NCBI GenBank assembly: GCA_016699465.1
Contig: CP064977.1
Location: 269,668-333,667, forward strand
Length of the DNA: 64,000 nucleotides
Source: Candidatus Campbellbacteria bacterium
Lineage (GTDB): Bacteria; Patescibacteriota; Minisyncoccia; Phycocordibacterales; EsbW-18
Direction: 5' to 3'
Position 1 is the stretch's first letter. The number at the start of each line of letters is the position of its first letter. Below are positions 27,593-37,976 of this stretch, in pieces. The translations under genes and the position numbers were made by a program. The notes beneath the pieces are model-generated. The model had not been told where the DNA came from and did not search any database. It saw nothing but the letters and a program-made list of their open reading frames with translations.

Positions 27593-29227
27593 TTAATATT
27601 CCATTCCCCCACCGTGCTCGTGAGGTGCCACTTTTTCTTCCTTTGGCTCTTCCGCAATTGCCACTTCAGTAGTAATGAGTATTGCCGCTGCAGAAACCGC
27701 ATTTTGAAGTGCTGAACGCGTTACTTTTACCGGATCAACAATTCCTGCTTCCAACATATCATTTACAATAACGTCATCAGCCGCGTTGTATCCAGAATTT
27801 TTTTCTCCTTCTTTTACTTTTTCAACAATAACTAACCCATCTTCTTTTCCAGCGTTTATCGCAATTTGTTGCAATGGAGCACATAACGCTTTTATTACAA
27901 TGTCATACCCAATACTTTCTGCGGTCACAACTTCTTTTTTTTCACTAGAAAGTTTTTTGGCAACCTTAACGAGCGCGCTACCTCCACCGGGCACAATCCC
28001 TTCTTCAATAGCCGCTTTTGTTGCATTCACCGCATCCTCGATTTTCAACTTCAAGTATTTCATTTCAGTCTCTGTCGCGGCTCCCACACGAATCACGGCA
28101 ACACCACCGGACAGTTTTCCAATTCGCTCTTGGAGTTTTTCTTTGTCGTATTTTGAATCTGTATTTGCAAGTTGTGTTCTGAGTTGAGCAACTCGTGCAT
28201 CAATATCAGATTTTTTTCCCTTTCCGCCAACAATCACCGTTCCATCTTTTGTAGAAACAACACGTCGGGCCTTTCCAAACATTGCAACCGTCGCTTTCTC
28301 CAGTTTTATTCCTGTTTCTTCTGAAATCACCTTTGCACCAACAGTAATTGCAATATCAGCAAGTACTTCTTTCTTTCGATCACCGAATCCAGGGGCTTTA
28401 ATTGCAAGTACATTAAATCCACCACGTAGTTTATTAACTACAAATGTTGCAAGCGCTTCACCATCAATATCATCTGCAATAATAACCAGTTCTTTTGTTC
28501 CACTTTGTGCGAGTCCCTCAAGAAGAGGAAGGATCTCTTTAATCACTGAAATTTTCTTGTCTGTTACCATCACGGCAACATCTCGATATTCTGCCTCCAT
28601 GCGCTCACTGTTCGTCACCATGTATGGCGATATATACCCCTTATCAAACGCGAGACCTTCAACAACCTCGGAATCAACGCCGAGTGTTTGTGATTCCTCG
28701 ACAGTCACCACACCATCCTTACCAACCGTATCGATCGTCTCTGCAATAATTTTTCCTAACCCTTCAGACTCAGAAGAAATCATTGCCACTTGTTGTATTT
28801 CCTCTTTATTTTTTATTGGTTTTGCAAGAGTATGTAATGCTTTTACAACATCAACACCTGCACGCTCCATACCACGACGAATTGCCATGGAGTTTACCCC
28901 CAGTGTTGTGTGACGCAATCCTTCGGTAACAAGGGCCTGCAACAGCACGATAGCTGTTGTTGTACCATCTCCAGCACTATCATTTGTTTTACCTGCAACA
29001 TCTTTTACAATTTCTGCACCCATGTTTTCAAACTTGTCCGACAACTCTATTTCTTTTGCAATAGACACTCCATCATTCGTTATCATAGGCGCACCATACC
29101 CTTTTTCAAGAACTGCGTTTCGCCCACGTGGACCAATCGTCACGCGAACGGCGCGAGCAACTTTATCAATACCACGCTTGAGTGCGTCTCGTGCTTCTGT
29201 ATCAAAAAGAATTTTTTTACTGGTCAT
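27593..29227 (-). CDS. groL: Chaperonin GroEL
   Basis: 544 aa, GGM-rich C-terminus, canonical GroEL sequence. Confidence 0.97.
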   Translation of the reverse strand: MTSKKILFDTEARDALKRGIDKVARAVRVTIGPRGRNAVLEKGYGAPMITNDGVSIAKEIELSDKFENMGAEIVKDVAGKTNDSAGDGTTTAIVLLQALVTEGLRHTTLGVNSMAIRRGMERAGVDVVKALHTLAKPIKNKEEIQQVAMISSESEGLGKIIAETIDTVGKDGVVTVEESQTLGVDSEVVEGLAFDKGYISPYMVTNSERMEAEYRDVAVMVTDKKISVIKEILPLLEGLAQSGTKELVIIADDIDGEALATFVVNKLRGGFNVLAIKAPGFGDRKKEVLADIAITVGAKVISEETGIKLEKATVAMFGKARRVVSTKDGTVIVGGKGKKSDIDARVAQLRTQLANTDSKYDKEKLQERIGKLSGGVAVIRVGAATETEMKYLKLKIEDAVNATKAAIEEGIVPGGGSALVKVAKKLSSEKKEVVTAESIGYDIVIKALCAPLQQIAINAGKEDGLVIVEKVKEGEKNSGYNAADDVIVNDMLEAGIVDPVKVTRSALQNAVSAAAILITTEVAIAEEPKEEKVAPHEHGGGMEY

Positions 29228-29354
29228 AGTAGATTAAATTCGAAATCCAAATATCGAAATCCCAAACAGTTTCTACTCTTTAAATTCAAAGGTTTCAAAC
29301 ATTTTACCTTAGAATTTCAAATTTGTTTCGAGTTTCGTACTTCGAATTTCGTGC

Positions 29355-29687
29355 TTATTTAATAACGGCAAGAATGCTCTCTTCTTTCAAAATAAAATAT
29401 TCAACTCCATCTATTTTTATTTCATCATATCCATACTTTGAAAACACAACCGTGTCACCAACCTTCACTCGCATAGGAACCAACACTCCATCATCGTATC
29501 GCCCTGGTCCAACAGCAATGACCTTTCCTTGTTCTGGTCGCTCTTTGTCCACCGTCTCCGGAATAATAATTCCTGAAGCCCGTTTTGTAGCATACTCATC
29601 TGCAGATAATGGTTTGAGTAATACGCGATCACCAAGAGGGGTCACACCCTCTTTTTTTACTTGTTGTACAGTCTTATGTTTAGCCAT
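29355..29687 (-). CDS. groS: Co-chaperonin GroES
   Basis: VTPLGDRVLLKP ... mobile loop, 110 aa. Confidence 0.95.
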   Translation of the reverse strand: MAKHKTVQQVKKEGVTPLGDRVLLKPLSADEYATKRASGIIIPETVDKERPEQGKVIAVGPGRYDDGVLVPMRVKVGDTVVFSKYGYDEIKIDGVEYFILKEESILAVIK

Positions 29688-29793
29688 AGTATATGAGATA
29701 AGAATAATTTCTTATAAAAGAAAGGTGATGCAAACCACACACCTTTATAGGTGCAGTAGTATACGCTTCACGAAGCTATTGACACAAGGGTAC

Positions 29794-31455
29794 CTACTCT
29801 TTTTTGATATGCATCATTGCATACTCTAATGTACCTCCAACTTTCTTTCCTGGGTTAAAGATATTTTTTGGATCAAATATTTTTTTGGTTTTTTCAAACA
29901 ACGCATACATTTCATCACCAAACTGCTGTTTCAAAAATGGTGTTCGAATTATGCCATCATTATGTTCACCGGTTGTTGATCCTCCATACGAAAGTACGAG
30001 ATCATACACACGACGAGCCACTTCGGGAATAACGGCGCGTGCTTTTTCATTTGTGAGATCCATCAAAGGAATGATGTGAAAATTTCCATTTCCAATATGC
30101 CCCGCAATATTGTGAACCATATATTCCTTATACTCATCAAGAATTGCATACAATTTAGGTAGAAATTCAGACAACGTATCTGGAGGAACCACAATGTCAT
30201 CAATGAATGGTGCTGTTTTCTTTCCATGCACCCTTTGACGTAGGAGATTAAAACTTTCTCGACGAATAAGCCAATACTCATCCATTTCTTTTTTTGAACT
30301 CACAACCTGGGTGTATCGAGGTTGTAACGGTATCAGATCGTGGGCCAATTGCTCAGCTTGAGCACGTAACGCCAACACATCGTCCCCATCAAAGGTTATC
30401 TGCAACACTAGCTGTGGAATACCGTACCGAAGTATAGAGAGTGCTTCTGATATGTTGTGTATCGCGAGTGAAAAAATATTACGAACTCCAAGACGCTTAA
30501 TAAATTCCCAAAAAAATCGTAATGCAAGCGTCAGTGTTTTATCATCATATGATTCAAACGTTGTTGGTTTGTGCGCAAGTGTAATTGATACATACCGCTC
30601 AAGGTCTTCAATAGAATCAAGAAATACAACAACCATCACAGAGTGCTGATTGGGACGAATAAGCCGAAATGTCGTCTCTGTAATAAGGCCGAGTGTCCCT
30701 TGTGAACCAACAAATAACTTTGAGAGATCAAATATGTCGCGTTCTCGATCATAGACACTCCATAAGGCATACCCCGCTGAATTTTTTGAGACCTTCGGGC
30801 GAGCCTTTTGAATACTGTCATATGAATCAGTCACCAACGTATACATGTTCCTGTATATATCACCTTCAAAATCTCTCTGGAGTAATTTTATATGAAGTTC
30901 ATCGTGCGAAAGCGGTCCGAGCACATATTCGTTTCCATCTGAAAGAACTGCACGTATACTCTCAACAAAATTTTCAACCTTACCGTATCGTAGCGTTAAT
31001 TCGCCCCCTGCATTATTTGCTGTCATACCCCCGATCATGCATAACTCTCGCGACGCTGGATACGACGGCATCAAAAAATTTCGCTTAAGTGTTTCTTTTT
31101 CAAATGTTCGATACAACACTCCTGGTTGTACTGACACATGCCCCGAATCACCGCGCACGTCCGCGGTAATAACTCCAATTGTTGTAAAGTAAGATCCAAA
31201 ATCAACAACAATACTTTCACTCAACGCACCTCCATCCATTCCCGTTCCAGCAGAACGACCTGTAAGTGAAAGCCCGTGGCTCGAAGCATACGCGACAAGC
31301 GCCTGTACATCTGCAACAGTGCGCGGAAATACCACTGCCTGCGGTTGAAGTGAAAAAAGAGATGTGTCAATACTACGTGTATGCACAACATCACCATCAG
31401 TGTACACATCTCCTGAAATACAATGAGTAAGATCTTCATGCAAATCTTCTTTCAT
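29794..31455 (-). CDS. FAD-linked oxidase (GlcD/D-lactate dehydrogenase family)
   Basis: PCMH-type FAD-binding domain (AVVFPRTVADVQALV...GRSAGTGMDGGAL), 553 aa. Confidence 0.8.
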   Translation of the reverse strand: MKEDLHEDLTHCISGDVYTDGDVVHTRSIDTSLFSLQPQAVVFPRTVADVQALVAYASSHGLSLTGRSAGTGMDGGALSESIVVDFGSYFTTIGVITADVRGDSGHVSVQPGVLYRTFEKETLKRNFLMPSYPASRELCMIGGMTANNAGGELTLRYGKVENFVESIRAVLSDGNEYVLGPLSHDELHIKLLQRDFEGDIYRNMYTLVTDSYDSIQKARPKVSKNSAGYALWSVYDRERDIFDLSKLFVGSQGTLGLITETTFRLIRPNQHSVMVVVFLDSIEDLERYVSITLAHKPTTFESYDDKTLTLALRFFWEFIKRLGVRNIFSLAIHNISEALSILRYGIPQLVLQITFDGDDVLALRAQAEQLAHDLIPLQPRYTQVVSSKKEMDEYWLIRRESFNLLRQRVHGKKTAPFIDDIVVPPDTLSEFLPKLYAILDEYKEYMVHNIAGHIGNGNFHIIPLMDLTNEKARAVIPEVARRVYDLVLSYGGSTTGEHNDGIIRTPFLKQQFGDEMYALFEKTKKIFDPKNIFNPGKKVGGTLEYAMMHIKKE

Positions 31456-31560
31456 GCAAATAGTGTACGCTATTGTAGGGAAAAATCACAACGAAACATA
31501 CACACTTCACCAACACGCCACGGTATGCTATAGTAGGTTTTCTTAGTATAGATACACATT

Positions 31561-31782
31561 ATGACAACTTTTATTCCTTTCATTCAAATCGGTCTCTCGT
31601 TACTTTTAATTACACTTATCCTTATACAGCAATCGGATGCTGGTTTAGGAAGTGCTTTTGGAAGCGATGACGGTGGAGTGCGTCGAACACGACGCGGTGC
31701 AGAACAAATGATTTTTACAGCAACCATTGTTGTTGCAATACTTTTTACGGTTTCAGCTATCGCAGCATTGGTTCTTCGATAA
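31561..31782 (+). CDS. secG: Preprotein translocase subunit SecG
   Basis: 73 aa, two TM segments, LIQQSDAG..GSAFG motif. Confidence 0.8.
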   Translation: MTTFIPFIQIGLSLLLITLILIQQSDAGLGSAFGSDDGGVRRTRRGAEQMIFTATIVVAILFTVSAIAALVLR

Positions 31783-31824
31783 GAGCTTTTTTGCTCTATT
31801 TTCACACCTTATCTCTTACACGAC

Positions 31825-33537
31825 ATGGATCGAGAATTCCATATACCCGGAACCGGGCACATTCATAAAGCTATATCCTCGTTCTCTTTTCTTGAAAAGG
31901 TTTTTGTTGCAATTCTTTTTGGTATTTTTACCCTAAGCGCGCTATGGATGGTCGTCCGCGTGCACTCTATTCTTACAATAAACATCCCTGCACCTGGAGG
32001 ATCACTTTCCGAAGGTATTGTCGGAACTCCACGTTTCATTAACCCACTTCTTGCGCAAACTGAAGCAGATAAAGATTTAACCATTTTGACGTACTCAGGA
32101 CTCATGCGAGCACAACGCGGTGGCGAACTTACAGAAGACCTCGCGGAATCTTACTCTATTTCTGAAGACGGAACAATCTATACCTTTGTTATAAAAAAAG
32201 ATGCACGTTTTCACGACATGATGCCACTGACTGCTCAAGATGTCGTATTTACCGTTACGATGGCTCAAGATCCACGCATTCAAAGTCCGAAACAAAACAT
32301 GTGGGAAGGAATTACTGTTGAGGCGCTCGACACTCGAACTGTTCGCTTTACACTATCTAAAGCCTATGCTGGTTTTTTGCATAATACGACACTCGGTATT
32401 CTCCCACAACATATATGGGAAAGTGTTGCTGCTGAAGATTTTCACGGCTCATCATATAACGTTCGTCCTATAGGATCGGGGCCATACATGATAGAGGGTA
32501 TCGACACAAAAAACGACGGCTCTGTCCAACTTTATACTCTACGATCATTCAAATACAATACACTTGGAGCACCTTACATTTCAAGGATTAGTATGCGCAT
32601 CTTTGGAAATGAGAAAGATTTGCTTACCGCATACGAACAAGGAGTTATTGAATCCTTTCATGGTATAGATCCATTTACTACCAAAACTATTCTTAAAAAA
32701 ACAGATTTGCTACTTTCCTACCCACTCCCTCGCACGTTTGGTGTTTTTCTCAATCATAATAAAAAAGCTATTTTTACAAACGAAGCTGTACGTAAGGCAC
32801 TCTCATATGCACTCGACAGACAAGAGATACTCAAAACGGTGCTCAATGGCTTTGGTACACCCTTATATGACCCACTTCCTCCGCACATAACGAAATCATC
32901 AACATCTCAAACCCACTCTATTGATGAAGCACGAGGTGTTCTTGAGAACGATGGCTGGAAACGAGACGCTGAATCTGGTATCTACACAAAAAAAGGTGAG
33001 TCACTTTCGTTCACAATTAAAACCGTCAACAGCCCTGAATTGAAACTTGTCGCTGAATTTATACAAAACCAATGGAATACTCTTGGTGCATCCGTTTCAA
33101 TTGAACTTTTTGACCTCGGACAACTCGATCAAACCGTTATTCAACCACGAGACTACGAGGCCCTACTATTTGGACAAGCGCTTGGAAGAGATGCAGATCC
33201 ATACCCATTTTGGCACTCGTCACAACGCAATGCTCCAGGACTCAACATCGCCCTCTATACAAACGCAACCGTTGATGCTACACTCGATGAACTACGAAGA
33301 ACTATTGATGTACCCAAGCGCAACGCGCTCTACGCATCATTTCTTACTGAATGGCGTGCAGATATTCCAGCCATCTTCGTGTATATTCCTGATTTTTTGT
33401 ACGTTCTTCCTGAACACATTCACGGTGTTGATGCCGGACCTGTGCAAGAAGGAGCCGAAAGATTTTTGGATATCCACACGTGGTATATAAACTCACAAAA
33501 TGTATTTTCTTTTCTCGTAAAGGAGAACACCTATTAG
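31825..33537 (+). CDS. ABC transporter substrate-binding protein, family 5 (peptide/oligosaccharide type) with N-terminal TM anchor
   Basis: SBP_bac_5-like length and motifs, 570 aa. Confidence 0.8.
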   Translation: MDREFHIPGTGHIHKAISSFSFLEKVFVAILFGIFTLSALWMVVRVHSILTINIPAPGGSLSEGIVGTPRFINPLLAQTEADKDLTILTYSGLMRAQRGGELTEDLAESYSISEDGTIYTFVIKKDARFHDMMPLTAQDVVFTVTMAQDPRIQSPKQNMWEGITVEALDTRTVRFTLSKAYAGFLHNTTLGILPQHIWESVAAEDFHGSSYNVRPIGSGPYMIEGIDTKNDGSVQLYTLRSFKYNTLGAPYISRISMRIFGNEKDLLTAYEQGVIESFHGIDPFTTKTILKKTDLLLSYPLPRTFGVFLNHNKKAIFTNEAVRKALSYALDRQEILKTVLNGFGTPLYDPLPPHITKSSTSQTHSIDEARGVLENDGWKRDAESGIYTKKGESLSFTIKTVNSPELKLVAEFIQNQWNTLGASVSIELFDLGQLDQTVIQPRDYEALLFGQALGRDADPYPFWHSSQRNAPGLNIALYTNATVDATLDELRRTIDVPKRNALYASFLTEWRADIPAIFVYIPDFLYVLPEHIHGVDAGPVQEGAERFLDIHTWYINSQNVFSFLVKENTY

Positions 33538-33551
33538 CATTTCATTAATTA

Positions 33552-35615
33552 TTGATTTCAAGAAATCGTATGGAACGACAACCAGGTCAAAGACCGAATC
33601 GGTCTCGTATTCGCGTTATGCGTGCAACAACGACGCCTAGCTCTTCGCAACACCCACAGGTATCCCAGAAACTTCAGAATAGCGCCACACCGCGCCAAAG
33701 ACGTGTCTATAGCCCTCTTATGAACACCACTCCTCGTGTAAACCAGCAACCCCACTCATCCCCACACAACACACAAGGCGCCCCATTAGCACACCAAAAG
33801 CATGTATCCTCTACCTCCCGCCACAAACACCGAGATGGAGGACGTGGAGGTAATGGTGGCCATCGTGGACGCAAACCAATGCAGACACGAATGAATCGCC
33901 AACCAGAAAACTTAGACAAAAAGAGCCCCCTTATTCCCCCACCAGCACCTGGGGTATTACGAGTTGTTCCTCTTGGTGGAACTGAAGAGATTGGAAAAAA
34001 CATGACCGTTCTAGAATACGGCGATGAAATCATTGTTATAGATGCAGGATTCCAATTTAGCGAAGCCGAAACTCCTGGAATTGACTACATCCTCCCCGAT
34101 GTAACGTACCTCAAAGAGCGCAAAGCAAAAGTGAAAGCTCTCTTTATCACCCATGGTCACTATGACCACATCGGAGCTATTCCCTACATCATTGAAGACA
34201 TGGGAAATCCGCCAATTTACTCCCGTGAATTTGGTTCAATGATTATTCAAAAACGACAAATGGAATTTCCAGATGTTGCACCGATAGACATGCACACTAT
34301 CCGCGGAACGGAAACAATAAAAATCGGACAACACTTTTCAATTACTTTTTTTCCTATCTCCCACGCAATTCCTGACTCCATGGGACTTTTGATTGAAACA
34401 CCCGTAGGAACAGTTGCATTCGTTGAAGACGTGCGTGTTGATCACATCGACGGCAAGCCAACAGATAAGGAAAAGGAGCACTACGCATTCTTTAAAGACA
34501 AAAATATTGTTCTCTTTACCCTCGATTCAACAAGCGTTGAAAAACCTGGTTTTTCTCTCCCCGAATCAAAGGCACTTGGAACTATCGACACCATTCTTAA
34601 GGACGTGCCCGGACGACTCATCATTGGTACCTTTGCGTCTCAAGTTGAACGTGTCATTCAAATAATCAACATTGCGCAAAAGTATAACAAAATGATTGCT
34701 GTTGATGGCCGTTCAATGAAAACAAACCTTGAGATTGTTAAATTGCTCAAGCTTGTTAAATTCGACAACATCATTCCCATTGAAGAAATCGATAAGTACC
34801 CTGCAAATAAAATAGTTATTCTTGCAACTGGCGCGCAAGGCGAAGAATATTCTGTCTTTGATCGTATTGCCAACAAAACACACAAATATATTACACTCGC
34901 TAAATCGGACACTGTTATTTTCTCCTCATCTGTTATTCCTGGAAACGAACGTTCCATTACAAAATTAAAAGACAGCTTGTACCGACAAGAGGCACACATC
35001 ATCACATACACCGACTCAGCCGTACACGCATCCGGACATGGAAACCGTGATGAGCTTGGATGGATTCATCAACAGATTAAGTACCGCTATTTTATGCCAC
35101 TTCACGGGCATCACTTCATGCTCCGTATTCATGCAGAATTGGCAGAAACATTAGGAACACCAAAAGAAAATATCGTAATACCTGACAACGGGTCTATTAT
35201 TGAAATCAGCGAACAAGGAACAAAAATAAACGTTCGAAAAGAGAAGGCACCATCTGGCTCAATTATGGTTGATGGTTTTTCAATTGGAGAACATCAAAAA
35301 GTAGTTATTCGAGACCGACAAACACTCGCAGAAGATGGCATCTTTGTTATTGTTGTCTCTGTAAACCCTCGTACAGGAAAACTACGAAAATCACCTGACA
35401 TTATTTCGCGTGGTTTTGTGTATCTCAAAGAACAACAAGAACTCATCGCAGGTGCACGTACGCTTGTTACAAAAACAGTTGAAAAAACAACCCACGGCAT
35501 GCAACCTATTAACTTTGATATCGTTAAAACCGTTGTAACCGATGACGTTCGACGTTTTCTCTTCCAAAAAACAGGAAAATCACCTATAGTTATTCCTGTT
35601 GTTATCGGAGTCTAA
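33552..35615 (+). CDS. rnj: Ribonuclease J with ~130-aa low-complexity N-terminal extension
   Basis: Metallo-beta-lactamase HxHxDH (ITHGHYDHIGA), beta-CASP region and C-terminal domain. The N-terminus is rich in Q/R/S/P/H/G. Confidence 0.85.
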   Translation: MISRNRMERQPGQRPNRSRIRVMRATTTPSSSQHPQVSQKLQNSATPRQRRVYSPLMNTTPRVNQQPHSSPHNTQGAPLAHQKHVSSTSRHKHRDGGRGGNGGHRGRKPMQTRMNRQPENLDKKSPLIPPPAPGVLRVVPLGGTEEIGKNMTVLEYGDEIIVIDAGFQFSEAETPGIDYILPDVTYLKERKAKVKALFITHGHYDHIGAIPYIIEDMGNPPIYSREFGSMIIQKRQMEFPDVAPIDMHTIRGTETIKIGQHFSITFFPISHAIPDSMGLLIETPVGTVAFVEDVRVDHIDGKPTDKEKEHYAFFKDKNIVLFTLDSTSVEKPGFSLPESKALGTIDTILKDVPGRLIIGTFASQVERVIQIINIAQKYNKMIAVDGRSMKTNLEIVKLLKLVKFDNIIPIEEIDKYPANKIVILATGAQGEEYSVFDRIANKTHKYITLAKSDTVIFSSSVIPGNERSITKLKDSLYRQEAHIITYTDSAVHASGHGNRDELGWIHQQIKYRYFMPLHGHHFMLRIHAELAETLGTPKENIVIPDNGSIIEISEQGTKINVRKEKAPSGSIMVDGFSIGEHQKVVIRDRQTLAEDGIFVIVVSVNPRTGKLRKSPDIISRGFVYLKEQQELIAGARTLVTKTVEKTTHGMQPINFDIVKTVVTDDVRRFLFQKTGKSPIVIPVVIGV

Positions 35616-35628
35616 CTACGCATCACTA

Positions 35629-36786
35629 ATGAAACGCACGATACTCTTGAAGAATACATACCTCTTCACCTTTTTTCTTGGCCTTCACGCATTTCTCTTC
35701 CTCTATATCAATTCAAGCATTCTTGAACAATTTGTTTCTCAAAAACAAGTTGGAGTATTGTTTGCAATAAGCTCACTTTTTACCATTCCTATTCTTATAT
35801 TCCTTCCTCACATACTAAAGAAATTCGGTGATGTACGCCTTACACTCGCAACACTCATACTTGAAGGTACTGCTCTTTTTTATTTAGTTAGCAGCACAAA
35901 CATATATGTCGTTATCATGGCATTTTTTGCACACACTGTTTTGTTGCGCATCCTTCTTCTTGATACTGATGTATTACTTGAAAGCGCTTCGCGCGATGCA
36001 GCGACCGGAAAAACTCGTGGTATTTTTCTAACTATCCTCAACTCATCTCTGGTCCTCTCTCCTCTTCTCGTTGGAATACTTTTACAGCAGGGAAATACCT
36101 ACATGCGCGTTTTTGTCGCTGCCCTATGCGCACTCGTCCCCGCTTTTCTCATACTGGCATTTTCTTTCAAGCATTTTTCAGACCCTCGATACACCCGCAT
36201 TGCCCTCGTGCCAACCATTAAAAAAATGTGGAACACGCAAGCCTTACGTATTATTTTTATGTTAGATATGGTACTGCGCACCTTTTATGCAACCATGGTG
36301 ATTTACATGGGTATGTACCTACACACAACGCTATCTCTCCCGTGGAGTAGCATTGGAATCATCTTTACAGTCATGCTTCTTCCCTTTGCACTTCTTGAGT
36401 TTCCTCTCGGCTATCTCGCCGACACACGCTTTGGAGAAAAGGAGATGCTTATTGCAGGCCTCATGATAACTGGAATTACAACAGTACTACTTCCATGGAT
36501 AACAAGCACCAGTGTCATTGTGTGGAGTATCGCCCTTCTTATAACGCGTATTGGTGCAAGCACCATAGAAATAATGACCGAAACATACTTTTTCAAACAC
36601 GTGCAAGGAAAAGATCTTGAAATGATGAGCTTATACCGCATTGTTGAACCCTGTGCGTATGTCGTAGCCCCTATCGGTGCCTCAATACTGCTATTTTTTA
36701 TTGATACACAATATCTTTTTCTCGTTCTTGGAGCCATCGTACTCTGCGGGCTCGTTCCCGCGTATGCTCTTCACGATACAAAATAG
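35629..36786 (+). CDS. MFS transporter
   Basis: About 12 TM segments. I chose the ATG at 35629 (MKRTILLKN) over the TTG at 35599. Confidence 0.75.
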   Translation: MKRTILLKNTYLFTFFLGLHAFLFLYINSSILEQFVSQKQVGVLFAISSLFTIPILIFLPHILKKFGDVRLTLATLILEGTALFYLVSSTNIYVVIMAFFAHTVLLRILLLDTDVLLESASRDAATGKTRGIFLTILNSSLVLSPLLVGILLQQGNTYMRVFVAALCALVPAFLILAFSFKHFSDPRYTRIALVPTIKKMWNTQALRIIFMLDMVLRTFYATMVIYMGMYLHTTLSLPWSSIGIIFTVMLLPFALLEFPLGYLADTRFGEKEMLIAGLMITGITTVLLPWITSTSVIVWSIALLITRIGASTIEIMTETYFFKHVQGKDLEMMSLYRIVEPCAYVVAPIGASILLFFIDTQYLFLVLGAIVLCGLVPAYALHDTK

Positions 36787-36852
36787 CAATCATTTTTTAG
36801 CAAGGTACTTGATATGCTATACTTTTCACTCTATTAGAAAAACACACTACAT

Positions 36853-37134
36853 ATGGAACAACAAACAAAAAACGTCTCTATTTACTCAACACCAACATGC
36901 CATTTTTGTCACATGGCAAAAGATTTCTTTACTGAAAAAGGTATTACATTCACAGAATACAACGTTGCTGAAGACATGCAAAAACGTACTGAAATGGTTG
37001 ATAAAACCGGGCAACTTGGAGTTCCTGTTATTTCTATTGTTACAACAACAATTCCTGAGGGGCAGGAGGGGCACGAGAATCTTATTATTGGTTTTGATGA
37101 AGGACGCCTTCGCAAGCTTCTTTCTATTGCATAA
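36853..37134 (+). CDS. Glutaredoxin-like protein (thioredoxin fold, CHFC active site)
   Basis: VSIYSTPTCHFCHMAKDFF, 93 aa. Confidence 0.7.
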   Translation: MEQQTKNVSIYSTPTCHFCHMAKDFFTEKGITFTEYNVAEDMQKRTEMVDKTGQLGVPVISIVTTTIPEGQEGHENLIIGFDEGRLRKLLSIA

Positions 37135-37166
37135 TCAAGAAACCAAATATTCAATTAAACGTCCGA

Positions 37167-37197
37167 CGTTTTATAAAAAATGGCCCTCATATGAGAG
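37167..37197. terminator. Bidirectional terminator AAAATGGCCCTCATATGAGAGCCATTTTTT
   Basis: 10/11-bp stem between convergent genes with T/A runs. Confidence 0.6.
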
Positions 37198-37207
37198 CCA
37201 TTTTTTA

Positions 37208-37624
37208 TTACTGAGCGGTATCGGTTGCAGTTGAAGTTTGAGTCGTTGGGCCACCTTCTGGATTTTCGAGTACCACAGGACCAACGTTAATAATGATGTC
37301 ATTTTTTAAATCAAACAAAATAGCCCGTGAGATACTTGGATAGATAAGCAAGATATCACCATTTTTTGCATTTTGAAGAAACGGTACGCCTTGTGTAAGC
37401 GAAGCGTCTTCAACAATTCTAATATCTGGTGTTTCATTCGGTATTTTAATATGCTTACCAAGCATTGCAACAATACTTTGCACATCTTTTTCAGACAGCG
37501 ACGTTGTTTGCACAGTATCAACACCAGGAATCTTTACACCGCTTCCCTTTTTTAAAAAAGAAACACCAATAAGAACAACTATAACAACGACAAGAATGAT
37601 AAATATTTTTTTTCTCATACACAT
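37208..37624 (-). CDS. Hypothetical membrane-anchored protein with Thr-rich C-terminal tail
   Basis: N-terminal TM segment (MRKKIFIILVVVIVVLIGV), 138 aa. Confidence 0.5.
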   Translation of the reverse strand: MCMRKKIFIILVVVIVVLIGVSFLKKGSGVKIPGVDTVQTTSLSEKDVQSIVAMLGKHIKIPNETPDIRIVEDASLTQGVPFLQNAKNGDILLIYPSISRAILFDLKNDIIINVGPVVLENPEGGPTTQTSTATDTAQ

Positions 37625-37626
37625 AA

Positions 37627-37965
37627 TTAACGAACAATAATCTTTTTAACTTTTCTTTGGGGAGATCTCGGATCTTTTCTTCCCACTGGAGACACCACAT
37701 GTGTCCCGCACACCTCTTTTCGTACACTTTGTTGAACGGGTGTCTCTGCATACTCTGCGTGCACACGTACCTTAGGATTTTGCAAAACACTACCATTCAC
37801 AATATTATTAGCACCTTTTTGTCGTATACGACATGGTCGATGTGTTAAATACAATCCAACTAAACAACCAATACCTACACCGATGATACTAACAATGCAT
37901 TGCACGAAAATTTGCACATCAAAAGTACGAAGGAATATTTCTTGCATATGTGTGCAGTATATCAA
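37627..37965 (-). CDS. Hypothetical protein (single TM, basic C-terminus)
   Basis: ORF only. The start is uncertain and may be M7. Confidence 0.35.
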   Translation of the reverse strand: MIYCTHMQEIFLRTFDVQIFVQCIVSIIGVGIGCLVGLYLTHRPCRIRQKGANNIVNGSVLQNPKVRVHAEYAETPVQQSVRKEVCGTHVVSPVGRKDPRSPQRKVKKIIVR

Positions 37966-37976
37966 ATAAGATTTTT

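Noticed and set aside
27786-29362. Several + strand ORFs of 118-150 aa inside groEL
   Set aside because: They are antisense to an unambiguous groEL.
29688-29800. CIRCE/HrcA operator upstream of groES
   Set aside because: There is no TTAGCACTC-N9-GAGTGCTAA match. Only a short GCTTC-GT-GAAGC palindrome is present.
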